A program made the position numbers and the translations under genes. 64,000 bases of DNA. Source: Dehalococcoidia bacterium. Its GTDB lineage: Bacteria > Chloroflexota > Dehalococcoidia > DSTF01 > CAZFGZ01. The DNA lies in the NCBI GenBank assembly GCA_049678585.1, contig JBAUEL010000110.1:11221-75220 (forward strand), in the 5' to 3' direction. Positions 1 to 9,532 of the stretch are shown here, in pieces (position 1 is the stretch's first letter; every line of letters starts with the position of its first letter). The notes under the pieces are model-generated. The model saw only the letters and a list, made by a program, of their open reading frames with translations. It was not told the DNA's origin and searched no databases.

Positions 1-16
1 TGTCAACCTGAGGGTT

Positions 17-3013
17 GTGGGCTACTCTGCGAACCGCGGCACCGCAGACGAGGCCGCCCTGGCCCGCATCGACTTCGGTGGTACGCGGCTTTTTGCAGCC
101 GTCGTACCGTTCAATGAGACGGGCAGCGTCGAGCCCTACACGTTGCAACTGGAGACATCGGTGCCGGAGGACCCTGCCGCTGCCTTTGACCCCGAAGTCT
201 GCTCAGGCTCACCCTTGGTTGGCGACGGTCAGTCCACCAGTACGATTGTTGACCTCAATCCAGACTATCCCAGCTCAGGTGCCGACCCGAAGACTCTCAT
301 CATCACCCAGCGAGAGCGCATTCGTGCCTTCTACGGGGACTCGAGGTGGAGCGACCTCGAGAGCGACCTTCTTCTCTTGGCCCAGCACCCCGCCGTGGTG
401 GGCGACATCATCTCCGTGCCGAGTGACATCTACGACGCCTGGGACAGCAACCCCTGCAGCGTGGACGAGGCCAACAGCGTGGCTGCCGCGATCCGCACCG
501 AGATTCAGGGACGTCTGAGCAACCCCGGTATCCAATACGTCGTCCTCGTGGGGAGCGACGACATCATCCCTCAGCGCCGCGTGCCCGACGAGACCATCAT
601 CGGCAAGGAGACCGACTATCTACTGGATGCCGAACTCAGGCCGGGTAGTCCGCTTTTCTGGAGCCTGGCGGGCGGTTACATTCTCACCGACGACTATTAC
701 GTCGATGACACTCCCTCACCGTGGCGGGGGCGAGAGCTGTACGTCCCCGACATCGCCATCGGCCGGCTGGTGGAGACGCCGGAGGAGATCCGGGCTGCTG
801 CCAACGCCTTTGGGGACAGCAACGGCCTCCTCGACTACACCACCGCAAGTGGCTTGGTTACTGGCTACGATTTCTTTGCCGATGGCTCCGAGATCACGGC
901 GAGCAAGCTGGCAGCGAAGCTGACGACCTACACACTCATAGGCCTCGGTTGGGACGCTGACGATCTTCGCTGTCGCTTCCTGGGTGAGGCCTTGCCTGGC
1001 CTGAACGGTTGCGCCGCCCACGATGTCAGCGTTGCCAACGCCCACTTCACCCACTACGCTGCCCTCTCCGCCGATGGCTTCAACACCTCCAACTACAGCG
1101 ACTTCATCAACAGCAATGAGGTGGCCAGCGCGGGCGGCGCCGACCCTGCCCTAGGTGGAGGCGTTGTCCTCACCATGGGCTGCCATGGCGGCTTCAACGT
1201 CCCCGACCGCGCCTCGCTGCCTCCGGACCCCGGCACCGGCATCGACCCGGCCCTGGACTTCGTCCAGGCGATGGCCCGTCAGCAGGCCGTCTACGTGGCC
1301 AACACCGGCTACGGCCTGGGCGAGCATCCTGGCCTCGGCTTCACCGAGCTCCTCCTGGCCATCTTCGCCGAAGAACTCGTGAAGGGCGATATCTTTATTG
1401 GCGACGCCTTTGTAACGGCTAAGCAACTCTATCTGGGCAGCCTCAGCGCCATGACCGAGTACGACGAGAAGTCGTCCATCCAGGCGACGCTATTCGGCTT
1501 GCCAATGTATCAGGTCCTCGTCCCGGCTGGTCCCGGCGAGGTCATCCCCCTTGCGGCCGAGGCGACGGGACCCAACCTTACCCTGACCGTGGAAGATGCC
1601 GGCAGAACGACCACAACCTCTCATCCTAAGCAGGAGGTGGCCACACCTGACGGCAAGTACTTCACCACCGACGGCGACGCCACGGCTACGGCCTTCCGCC
1701 CGATACAGCCGCGGGTTGTCCAAGCAATTCCATCCGACGTCAGCGGCCCCGTACACGGTGTCCTCGTCACAGCTGGCGAGTTCCCCGGCACGGCTGCGGA
1801 GTTCAGCGATCTCTCAGACTTCGATCCCGTGATCGCTCTCCCAATCGACGAGTGGCAGCTGATCCCGTCTGAACCCCAGGTATGTCTTCCCGCCTTCTGG
1901 CCCTCGGAGCTGACCACAGTCAACACCGTGGGGCTCCAGACCTTGGTGGTCATCCCCGGCCAGTTCCGCTGCACGAGCGGCCCGGATGCAGCGGTTACGG
2001 GGATTGAACGCCTGTACACTAGCCTGAGCGTGGAGCTACAGCGCTCCCTGCTGGACGACTTCGAGGCGCCCGTCATCAGCAGCATCGGCCTCAGCGAGGT
2101 GGACGAGACCACCGTCGCGGTGGACGTCGAGGCGAGCGACGACCTCAGCGGCATCGCTCAAATCGTCGTCCTCGTCATCACCGATAACGGGGATAATGGG
2201 ACGATCCGTTCGGTCCCGAGCGGGACGCTGTCCGGGCCGGGCCCGTTCACGGTGGAGGTCCCCGACTTCCCAGCAGACGCCGGGCTAGTTGTCCAGGTGG
2301 TAGACGGCGCCGGTAACGTCGCTACTTTGACTGCGAAGGGCGCAGGTGGCTTCAGCCTCATCTCCGTCGACGCCGGGGACGAAGTGATCGCCATCCCGGG
2401 AGAACCCGTCGAGTTGAACGCCACCGTACACGACTTCGCAAATCTGGCTTCGCCGGTCTCGTTCCTGTGGGACTTCGGCGATGGCACCCTTGGAAGTGGC
2501 CTGGTGGAAAACGCTGAGTTCAGCGTTTGGTACACCTATGAGCCCGAGACCCACTTGCCGGTGACAGCGACCCTCAAGGTAACCGACGCTGACGGTGGCA
2601 TCGGCGTGACACACGTTGCGATTCTCTGTGATCCTAGCGGCGACGCGCCAAGCCCGGATGGAGACCTAATCGGCTGCGGTGTCAGCAGAAACACCGACGC
2701 CGACACGATGACGCTCCATCTGCGAGTGGCAGGAGTGATCTCGGACGACTTCCAATACCGCGTCCGACTCGATGTCGGGCCCGACGTGTACCTACGCTAC
2801 GACCGTGGCAATGTCACGGGCCTACCCGGCCTTCAGGCTGAGGTAGACGGCAACGAGCTGAGGTTCATTCTTGACCCTGCGGACATCGGCCTGGATCCCG
2901 GTGAACAGCTTCAGTGGTTTGCGGAAACGCAGGCCGGCGTCCCGGCCGATCCGTCAATAGGAAAAAGCGACAGGATGCCGGACAGTGGCTTCTTCGGCTA
3001 TGTTCTTCGCTGA
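17..3013 (+). CDS. Large secreted protein with a clan-CD (gingipain C25-like) peptidase core and a C-terminal PKD domain. The 5' end is probably cut by the window edge, since the frame is open to position 17.
   Basis: 998-aa ORF with no upstream in-frame stop. A His...Cys dyad typical of caspase/gingipain-fold peptidases is present (ANAHFTHY ... VVLTMGCHGGFNVPD). The PKD signature WDFGDGT appears in the C-terminal third. Composition looks extracellular (Thr/Asp-rich, no TM). A perfect hairpin follows the stop. Confidence 0.5.
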   Translation: MGYSANRGTADEAALARIDFGGTRLFAAVVPFNETGSVEPYTLQLETSVPEDPAAAFDPEVCSGSPLVGDGQSTSTIVDLNPDYPSSGADPKTLIITQRERIRAFYGDSRWSDLESDLLLLAQHPAVVGDIISVPSDIYDAWDSNPCSVDEANSVAAAIRTEIQGRLSNPGIQYVVLVGSDDIIPQRRVPDETIIGKETDYLLDAELRPGSPLFWSLAGGYILTDDYYVDDTPSPWRGRELYVPDIAIGRLVETPEEIRAAANAFGDSNGLLDYTTASGLVTGYDFFADGSEITASKLAAKLTTYTLIGLGWDADDLRCRFLGEALPGLNGCAAHDVSVANAHFTHYAALSADGFNTSNYSDFINSNEVASAGGADPALGGGVVLTMGCHGGFNVPDRASLPPDPGTGIDPALDFVQAMARQQAVYVANTGYGLGEHPGLGFTELLLAIFAEELVKGDIFIGDAFVTAKQLYLGSLSAMTEYDEKSSIQATLFGLPMYQVLVPAGPGEVIPLAAEATGPNLTLTVEDAGRTTTTSHPKQEVATPDGKYFTTDGDATATAFRPIQPRVVQAIPSDVSGPVHGVLVTAGEFPGTAAEFSDLSDFDPVIALPIDEWQLIPSEPQVCLPAFWPSELTTVNTVGLQTLVVIPGQFRCTSGPDAAVTGIERLYTSLSVELQRSLLDDFEAPVISSIGLSEVDETTVAVDVEASDDLSGIAQIVVLVITDNGDNGTIRSVPSGTLSGPGPFTVEVPDFPADAGLVVQVVDGAGNVATLTAKGAGGFSLISVDAGDEVIAIPGEPVELNATVHDFANLASPVSFLWDFGDGTLGSGLVENAEFSVWYTYEPETHLPVTATLKVTDADGGIGVTHVAILCDPSGDAPSPDGDLIGCGVSRNTDADTMTLHLRVAGVISDDFQYRVRLDVGPDVYLRYDRGNVTGLPGLQAEVDGNELRFILDPADIGLDPGEQLQWFAETQAGVPADPSIGKSDRMPDSGFFGYVLR

Positions 3014-3047
3014 GCCAGGGTAGTCGGGGCATTCTTCGCAGAGCTAC

Positions 3048-3084
3048 GGGGGCCTGCTGGCCGGACACCGCCCAGCAGGCCCCC
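3048..3084 (+). terminator. Probable intrinsic terminator hairpin downstream of the peptidase gene
   Basis: Perfect 13-bp inverted repeat GGGGGCCTGCTGG / CCAGCAGGCCCCC with an 11-nt loop, 35 nt after the stop codon. There is no U-tract, which is common in high-GC genomes. Confidence 0.4.
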
Positions 3085-3164
3085 GCTTCGCGTCCCGAGC
3101 GGGTGGGCACTGTGCGCTCCCCCGCAGGCGGTCACTCCTGGTGATCTAGTAGAATGTCCTCACA

Positions 3165-6100
3165 GTGAATCCCATGCAAACCACCAGCCTTTCCTCCCAA
3201 GACGCTCTTCTAGCCTACCTCCCAGCGACGCTAGTCAGCCGCTGGGCTAGCCGTCCCGGCCAGGCGCCCGTCTGGGGCCATTGGCTCAGTGGCTCCCTCA
3301 TGCATTGTGACATCACCGGTTTCACGGCCATGTCCGAGAGCCTGGCTGAGCTAGGCAAGGAGGGCGCCGAGCTGATGGTCGCCGTCCTCAACCGCTTCTT
3401 CGACAAGATGCTGGAGGTGGCCGAGCGCTGGGGCGGGGTACAGATGAAGTTCGGCGGTGACGCCATGCTCCTCTTCTTCTCCGGCCGGGAGAACGCCGCG
3501 CGTGCCGCCGCTTGCGGCCTGGAGATGCAGACGGAGATGGCCGGTTTCCGCCGGGTCCCTGTAGGCGGCCAGGTGCACCGGTTGCGCATGCGCATAGGCA
3601 TCCATAGCGGACGCTTCTTCTCGGCCTCCGTAGGTCAGCAGGATGGGGTTCTGCACTACATGCTCCTTGGGCCCGATGTGAGTCGCACGGCGGCAGTCGA
3701 GCCGAAAGCCGCACCTGGTCAGGTGGTAGTCAGCGCCGAGACCGCGGCCGTCCTCGGCCCTCAGCACGTACTGATTCGCACCGCGAACCCTGGGATCTGG
3801 CGGGTACGATCGGTCAAGCCCCCCGGCATAGTGCCGGACAGTCGGACCCTGCTCGATGCCCCAAGCGACGTGCTCCGCCGCTATCTGATGCCTCCCCTGG
3901 CCGAAGGGCGCACATCCACCGTTTCCGGCGAGCACCGACGGGTGACTACCCTGTTTATCAATCTTTTTGGTGTGTCCGAGCTCCTGCAGACCCACGGAGA
4001 CAGCCAAGCGTTGGCCCAGGTAGACGCATACGCAAAGATGCTCATCTCAGCCCTCGAGCGATACGGCGGCTTCTTGGCCGGCAGCGACGTCGCCGAAGAG
4101 GGCGACAAGCTCATAGCCTTGTTCGGGGCGCCGGTGTCTCACGAGCAAGAAGAGGCTGGCGCCCTCCGCTGCGCTGTGGACCTTCAGACTGACCTGCAGG
4201 CGTCAGGCCTAGACCTGCGCCAGCGCATTGGGATCAACTCTGGCTACGTTTTCGCTGGGGAGGTCGGTTCGGGGCGGCGCCGCGAGTACACGGTTATCGG
4301 CGATAGTGTCAACCTCGCCGCCAGGCTGATGGCCGCCGCCCGCCCGGGCCAGGTGCTGGTCTCGGCAGCCACTACAGGCCGGGCCGGTGCTGAATTTGAC
4401 CTTCACCGCTCGCGGTCCATCCGCGTGAAGGGCAAGACCGCGCCGGTGCAGATCTACCGGCTGGAGGGCGCTCACCTGCAAACACGGCCACAGCATGCGG
4501 CAGAGGGCGCTTCTCCCGTGTTGGGCCGGGAAGAGGAGCTGGCTGCGCTCCTCAAGCTAGGCCGCCCAGCGGCCGCCGGTCGTGGCCGCTGGGCCTACAT
4601 CTCTGGGGAGCCGGGGATCGGCAAGTCAAGGCTGGTGGCCGAAGTGGCTGCCCGCCTTGGTTCACAGGGGTGGCAGGAGCTAGTGGCCACCTGCCAGGCC
4701 CATACCTCGAGCACACCCTTCGCACCCTGGAGGGAGCCGTTGCGGGCGCTCTTTGGGATCGACAGCGGGAGCAGCCCTCGGGACGCCTGGGACAAACTAA
4801 AGGACGAGGTAGGCCGGCTGCGGCCCGATCTCCAGGTCTTCGCCCCGCTCGTCGGCGAACTACTTTCCCTGCCCATCGATGAGGAGCCGCTGCTGAGCTC
4901 GCTGGATGCAAAAGACCGCCTCCATCGGCTTAGGACCACAGTTGTGGCGCTCCTACGGGCCGTCTCCCAGAATCATCCCCTCCTCCTCTGGTTCGAGGAC
5001 GCCCATTGGGCCGATAGCCCATCCCTAGAGCTTCTGGCGGCGGTCTTGGCCGGACTGGATAGCTCTTTGCTAGTCTTGGTGACCTCGCGCCAGGACACGG
5101 GACCTTCCGAGCTCGCGGGGAGCAAGCCTGCCCTCTCCTTGCGGCTGCAGGAGCTGGCGCCGGAGGAGGCCCGTCGCCTTGTAGCGTCCGCCAGCGGCCT
5201 GGCTGGCGACGATGTAGAGGCGATAGTGGCCCGGGCCCAGGGAAATCCCCTCTTCCTGCAGGAGATGGCCCGCGGCGGCGGCGTCCCGCAGGAGGCCCTT
5301 CCGGAGACGATCAACGACGTGATAATGGTCCGTGTAGACCGCCTGAGCCACAATCAGAAGACTATCCTCTGTCTGGCCAGCGTCATCGGTCCGTCCTTCA
5401 GCCTGCCAGCCCTGAAGACGCTGCTGGGCGGCCGGCCGGAGATAGCTGGCCTGGAACACGCGCTGGCCGAGCTCGCGCAGGCCGGATTCACGCGTGACCA
5501 GGGAGGTGATCCCCACTCCTACGCCTTCTCCCACGGGCTCACTCGGGAGGTAGTCTACGAGACCCTCCCCTATGCCCAGCGACGTCAGCTTCACCGCGGA
5601 GTCGCCGTGCATATAGAGCGGGAGCAGACCCACCATCTGGAGCCGGTGTGCGAGCTCCTGCTCCACCATTACGAGCTTGCCGCCGATGCGGCCAAGACGG
5701 TACGTTATGCCGCCATGTCCGGGGATCGAGCAGAGGCGGTGTTCGCCCACAAGGAAGCGATCGACTACTACCACCGTTCCCTGGCCGCTCTTGACAGCGT
5801 TGGAAGGAGATCCGGCGCCGACAGAAGTCTGGTGTTGGAGCGCATCGGGGATTCCCTGGAGACGGCGGGGCGCCATCGGGAAGCGGCCGAGGCCTTCGCT
5901 CAGGGGCTGAGGGAGTGGCGCGAGTCACGGCAGGGGCGGCCTCGGCTGGTCCCCTGGGCGACGGGCCGCCGGACCCGCGAGGCTGCTCTCTGTCGCAAAG
6001 TGGCCGTTTCCTGCGAGCGCCGCTCGGATTATGATGAGTCGCTCCGCTGGGTAGACCAAGCGATGGCCGTGCTGCCCCGCCGACCAGGCCGCGTCGGCGC

Positions 6101-7130
6101 GCAGGTCTATGCCGTCAAGAGCATGGCGCTGTTTCGAAAGGGCCTGTACGAGGAGGCAATTCACTGGGGCCGGCTGGGGCTGGCCCTGTCCCGGCACAGT
6201 GCGGACCAGCGCGAACTTGCATACGCCCACCGCGTGCTGGCCGGTTCATACATGGAGCTGGGCAACCTCAAGCAGGCCCTGCACCACGACCAGTTGGCCG
6301 TCCGCTTCTATCACGATGCGGGGGACGTCCCCGGGCAGGCAATGGCTCACAGCAATGTGGGAGCCTGCTACCAGCTCCTGGGTGCGCTGGACGACGCCCT
6401 CCACCACTACGAGATCAGCCTCAAGGCCGACGAGCGGGTCGGTAACGTAGTCCACAGCGCCATCGTGCATAACAACATCGGCGAGGTGCTGCTGGTCATG
6501 GGACGGCCTGAGGAAGCGGTAGCTCACCTAGAGGACGTCGTGCGGCTCTACGGGGTCGAACCCGGCCTCGCCGCCGTGGCTGGCCTGGCTCAGGTCAACA
6601 TCTCGCGCTGCCGGCTGGCCCAGGGTGATCTGGATTCGGCCGAGGCACACATCCGCCGGGGCCTGCGTCTTCTACGCCGTGTGGGTGCCCAGGGACTGCT
6701 TAGTGAGGCACGTCTCCAGCTAGCCGAGCTGCGCCTGGCTCAGGGCCAGGCGCGGAAGGCCCAGCGAGAGTGCCGCCGCGCCCTGAGCCAGGCCAAGGCC
6801 GTGGAGGCCAGGCTCTTGGAGGCCCGGGGCGAGCGCCTCCTGGGTCTGGCCCAGGCCGCCCTGGGTAAGTCAGAGGCCGCGTGGGTACACCTGCGGACGA
6901 GCGTTGCCCTGAGCCGCCGCATCGGCGCCGACCACGAAGAAGCCCGCTCGCTCATCGGTTTGGCTCGCCTCTCTTTGGACACGGCCGCACCGTCGCGGCT
7001 ACAGACCCACAGGGCCCTGTGGCGGGCTGTTGCCATTTTCTCCCAGATGGGAGCCCAGAGCGACCTAGCGGAGGCCCGACAACTCCTGTCTGGGATGGGC
7101 ACCGGCGGGGCGCAACGCCGGAGGGTTTGA
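3165..7130 (+). CDS. Multidomain class III nucleotide cyclase: two cyclase homology domains (CHD), a P-loop AAA/STAND-like ATPase and C-terminal TPR repeats
   Basis: CHD1 carries HCDITGFTAMSE ... KFGGDAMLLFF ... RIGIHSGRFFSASVG. CHD2 carries TTLFINLFGVSE ... EEGDKLIALFGAP ... GINSGYVFAGEVG ... VIGDSVNLAARL. A Walker A motif GEPGIGKS follows, then many TPR-like repeats (A/L/R-rich, about 34-aa periodicity) to the C-terminus. The annotated start is GTG at 3165; an ATG at 3174 is an alternative. Confidence 0.8.
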   Translation: MNPMQTTSLSSQDALLAYLPATLVSRWASRPGQAPVWGHWLSGSLMHCDITGFTAMSESLAELGKEGAELMVAVLNRFFDKMLEVAERWGGVQMKFGGDAMLLFFSGRENAARAAACGLEMQTEMAGFRRVPVGGQVHRLRMRIGIHSGRFFSASVGQQDGVLHYMLLGPDVSRTAAVEPKAAPGQVVVSAETAAVLGPQHVLIRTANPGIWRVRSVKPPGIVPDSRTLLDAPSDVLRRYLMPPLAEGRTSTVSGEHRRVTTLFINLFGVSELLQTHGDSQALAQVDAYAKMLISALERYGGFLAGSDVAEEGDKLIALFGAPVSHEQEEAGALRCAVDLQTDLQASGLDLRQRIGINSGYVFAGEVGSGRRREYTVIGDSVNLAARLMAAARPGQVLVSAATTGRAGAEFDLHRSRSIRVKGKTAPVQIYRLEGAHLQTRPQHAAEGASPVLGREEELAALLKLGRPAAAGRGRWAYISGEPGIGKSRLVAEVAARLGSQGWQELVATCQAHTSSTPFAPWREPLRALFGIDSGSSPRDAWDKLKDEVGRLRPDLQVFAPLVGELLSLPIDEEPLLSSLDAKDRLHRLRTTVVALLRAVSQNHPLLLWFEDAHWADSPSLELLAAVLAGLDSSLLVLVTSRQDTGPSELAGSKPALSLRLQELAPEEARRLVASASGLAGDDVEAIVARAQGNPLFLQEMARGGGVPQEALPETINDVIMVRVDRLSHNQKTILCLASVIGPSFSLPALKTLLGGRPEIAGLEHALAELAQAGFTRDQGGDPHSYAFSHGLTREVVYETLPYAQRRQLHRGVAVHIEREQTHHLEPVCELLLHHYELAADAAKTVRYAAMSGDRAEAVFAHKEAIDYYHRSLAALDSVGRRSGADRSLVLERIGDSLETAGRHREAAEAFAQGLREWRESRQGRPRLVPWATGRRTREAALCRKVAVSCERRSDYDESLRWVDQAMAVLPRRPGRVGAQVYAVKSMALFRKGLYEEAIHWGRLGLALSRHSADQRELAYAHRVLAGSYMELGNLKQALHHDQLAVRFYHDAGDVPGQAMAHSNVGACYQLLGALDDALHHYEISLKADERVGNVVHSAIVHNNIGEVLLVMGRPEEAVAHLEDVVRLYGVEPGLAAVAGLAQVNISRCRLAQGDLDSAEAHIRRGLRLLRRVGAQGLLSEARLQLAELRLAQGQARKAQRECRRALSQAKAVEARLLEARGERLLGLAQAALGKSEAAWVHLRTSVALSRRIGADHEEARSLIGLARLSLDTAAPSRLQTHRALWRAVAIFSQMGAQSDLAEARQLLSGMGTGGAQRRRV

Positions 7131-7547
7131 TCCACCTGGCGGCGAACGGTGCGTGGGTCGTCAGCAGCTTTCGGTATCTGTGTGGACAGTTCCCAATGGG
7201 CACCTGAAGGCTTGCTCTCGCTCCCGAGGGGGCGGTTGGGTAGCGCCCCGGAGGAAAGGAGCGAGCAGTGCCGCGAGAGCGTTCCCCCGCAGAGGTCCAG
7301 GCCGAGGCCAGGAGCGAAGAGGCGATCCTACCAGCATGGGACCGAGGAGCGAACCCCCGCCCTCTGGAACCCGATACCTCGGTCGAGCGCAGGGTCATAA
7401 ATGACGACTATTGGGTGCACCAAAGGGTCAACCGCCTACGAGGTGCCAGCTCTACGACAAGCCGCCTCGCCCGCTCCCCATCTACGTCGCCGCCTCGGGC
7501 CCGGGATTCAGGCATTCATAGGCGAAGGTCCTCCTTCTAGCTTCACC

Positions 7548-7569
7548 GGGCCGGTCCGAGTTCCGGCCC
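7548..7569. terminator. Palindromic hairpin in the convergent intergenic region, a possible terminator for the minus-strand methyltransferase gene
   Basis: GGGCCGG-tccgagtt-CCGGCCC, a perfect 7-bp stem with an 8-nt loop, about 106 nt beyond the stop of the 7675..8451(-) gene. Confidence 0.25.
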
Positions 7570-7674
7570 ACCGCTATACGACCGGCAGGGTCGGAGCCGC
7601 ACCAGTACTCGGCGGGTGTGCGAGACGTCATGGTCAACGGCAGGCTCGGCTGAAGTCGGCCCTTAGGTGCCAGC

Positions 7675-8451
7675 TTAGCGGCGGTGACTATCTCTGCGTG
7701 TGGCCGCGACGGCCATGAAGCTCCCATTGAGCCTCAATATCCGGCGGGCCGCTTGCTCGAACGGCGGGTAGACGCGGGCCAGGGGGTTGGGAACCAGCGG
7801 GAGCAAGGCGCAGGTGACTACGTCGGCAGTAGCGAATCCCTGACGCTGTAGCAGAGCACGAACTTGCCCCAGCGCAAAATAGATGCTGGCGGGCGGCGCC
7901 ACCCCCGGGTAGGAACGGACGGTATACCTACCATTCCAGAGGTGAAGACGTCGCAAGACGTGCGGCAGGATGTACAGGCTGTGCATATTGGGGAGCCCCA
8001 GGACGACCTTTTCTCTGCAGACCCGACACAGCTCACCGATCGCTTCCTCGTAGGCGACCATATGGTTGTACACCCAAACACTGATCCCTAGGTCGAAGGC
8101 ACCGCTGTCGAACGGTAGCCTCCTAGCGTCGGCGAGGGTCACCCGAGCCGGTGGATAGCGCCGCCGAACCTCGGCCAGCATCCCCGAGCTGCTGTCGACG
8201 GCCGTAACCGTCGCTCCCATATCCATAAGGAGGCCCGTGAATCGGCCGGTGCCGCATCCCACGTCCAGGGCGCTGATCCCTCGCAGCTCGTTCCTCCCAA
8301 TCGTCCGGCGAACAGCCTCGCGCTGTAGGGCGTCCAGGACGCTGCCCCCAGGCGACGCGAATCGAGCCTCGTCGTAGTCGGCGACAACAGCCTCGTTCTG
8401 GTAGAACCCTTGTGTCACAGCGTCCGGGTCTTCAGCCGACGAGTTGCGCAT
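7675..8451 (-). CDS. Class I SAM-dependent methyltransferase
   Basis: Motif I LDVGCGTGRF followed by a Rossmann-like pattern (TVTAVDSS...). Length 258 aa. Its 5' end overlaps the stop of the upstream GT1 by 20 nt. Confidence 0.75.
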   Translation of the reverse strand: MRNSSAEDPDAVTQGFYQNEAVVADYDEARFASPGGSVLDALQREAVRRTIGRNELRGISALDVGCGTGRFTGLLMDMGATVTAVDSSSGMLAEVRRRYPPARVTLADARRLPFDSGAFDLGISVWVYNHMVAYEEAIGELCRVCREKVVLGLPNMHSLYILPHVLRRLHLWNGRYTVRSYPGVAPPASIYFALGQVRALLQRQGFATADVVTCALLPLVPNPLARVYPPFEQAARRILRLNGSFMAVAATRRDSHRR

Positions 8452-9532
8452 AATGCTCCTCGAAGCGCGCGGCTATTCGATCCAGGCTGAACGCGTCGGC
8501 CCTCTCCGCAGCCAGCCGCCCGGCTCGTGCTACTCGCTCACGGCAAGATGCCAGGCTGAGCAGGGCATCCGCGTAGGCGCACGGGTCTCCCTCTCGACCC
8601 CGCTCGATGAGGAAGCCCGTCTCCCCCTCCGAAAGGAGATCGGGGATGCTCCCCACGCGGGTCGACAGCACCGCACAGCCTGCGGCCATAGCTTCCACGA
8701 TGGTTAGGGGCGGATCGAGGACGCCGGACGCGGTTTGGAGGGGAAAGACCAGCACGTCCAGGGAGCGAAGGAAGGAGGCCGCCTCCACCTCGCCCTGGAT
8801 GCGGACGTGTGGTTCAAGCCCCTGTTCCCTGATGAAAGTCATTAGCCACCGAAGCTCCTCCTGGAGCTCTCGAAACAGTGAGACTTGAGAGACATCGACC
8901 GCCAGCTCGAATTCCACCTGGGGGCGGGAAGCCAGCACCGCAGGGATGGCCTGGACGAACGGTCGCAGCCCTTTCCTGCGCAGCGGCGGGCCCATGAAGC
9001 CCACTCTAAACCTCTCCCTCGCGAGGCCCGACTCGGCAGCCGGGGCAGAGCGGAACCGGGCCACGTCGACGGGCGGGGGGATGTGGACCGATCCACAGGG
9101 GCGGTCACGGCCGTCAGTCGACGTGTACACGACCAGGTCTACGAATCGGAAGTGGTGTGAGCCGTGGGTCGCTGAGAGGGCTGAGTGCACATGAGGTACA
9201 GCGGCGATGCGGCTCACCGCGCTTCCCAGCAGGGCCACCTTCGGGTCCGCGGAGAGGCTGTGCACGAGATGCACCCCCGGGCGGCGCCGACGTCGAGCGA
9301 AAAGTAGCAGAACGGACAGGGCAAACCGGGGGCCTCCGAGTGACCCCAAGCGCTTCCCCCCCACCGTCTGCGCCTCGTAGGGGCCACCCCGTAGCAGCCC
9401 TCCCACCGGTTGGGTGACCACCTCGACGCGATGGCCTCGCCTCGTCAGCCCGAGAGCAAGGGTCTGCGCATACATGGCCGCGCCGTTCCCTGGCAGCCCC
9501 AAGCCGTATCCCAAGAGACAAATGTCCATCAT
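8432..9532 (-). CDS. Glycosyltransferase family 1 (GT4-like)
   Basis: C-terminal VFPLQ...EAMAAGCAVLSTRVGSIPDLLSEGETGFLIE is the GT1 E-X7-E region. The start is taken at MMDICLLGYG (ATGATG at 9532/9529), which overlaps the TGA stop of the upstream membrane-protein gene (ATGA coupling). The ORF track extends 23 codons further upstream. Confidence 0.8.
   Translation of the reverse strand: MMDICLLGYGLGLPGNGAAMYAQTLALGLTRRGHRVEVVTQPVGGLLRGGPYEAQTVGGKRLGSLGGPRFALSVLLLFARRRRRPGVHLVHSLSADPKVALLGSAVSRIAAVPHVHSALSATHGSHHFRFVDLVVYTSTDGRDRPCGSVHIPPPVDVARFRSAPAAESGLARERFRVGFMGPPLRRKGLRPFVQAIPAVLASRPQVEFELAVDVSQVSLFRELQEELRWLMTFIREQGLEPHVRIQGEVEAASFLRSLDVLVFPLQTASGVLDPPLTIVEAMAAGCAVLSTRVGSIPDLLSEGETGFLIERGREGDPCAYADALLSLASCRERVARAGRLAAERADAFSLDRIAARFEEHYAQLVG

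Noticed and set aside
5070-5876. 268-aa minus-strand ORF inside the cyclase/STAND gene
   Set aside because: It is fully embedded antisense to a motif-supported gene. The translation is low-complexity and nothing supports it as coding.
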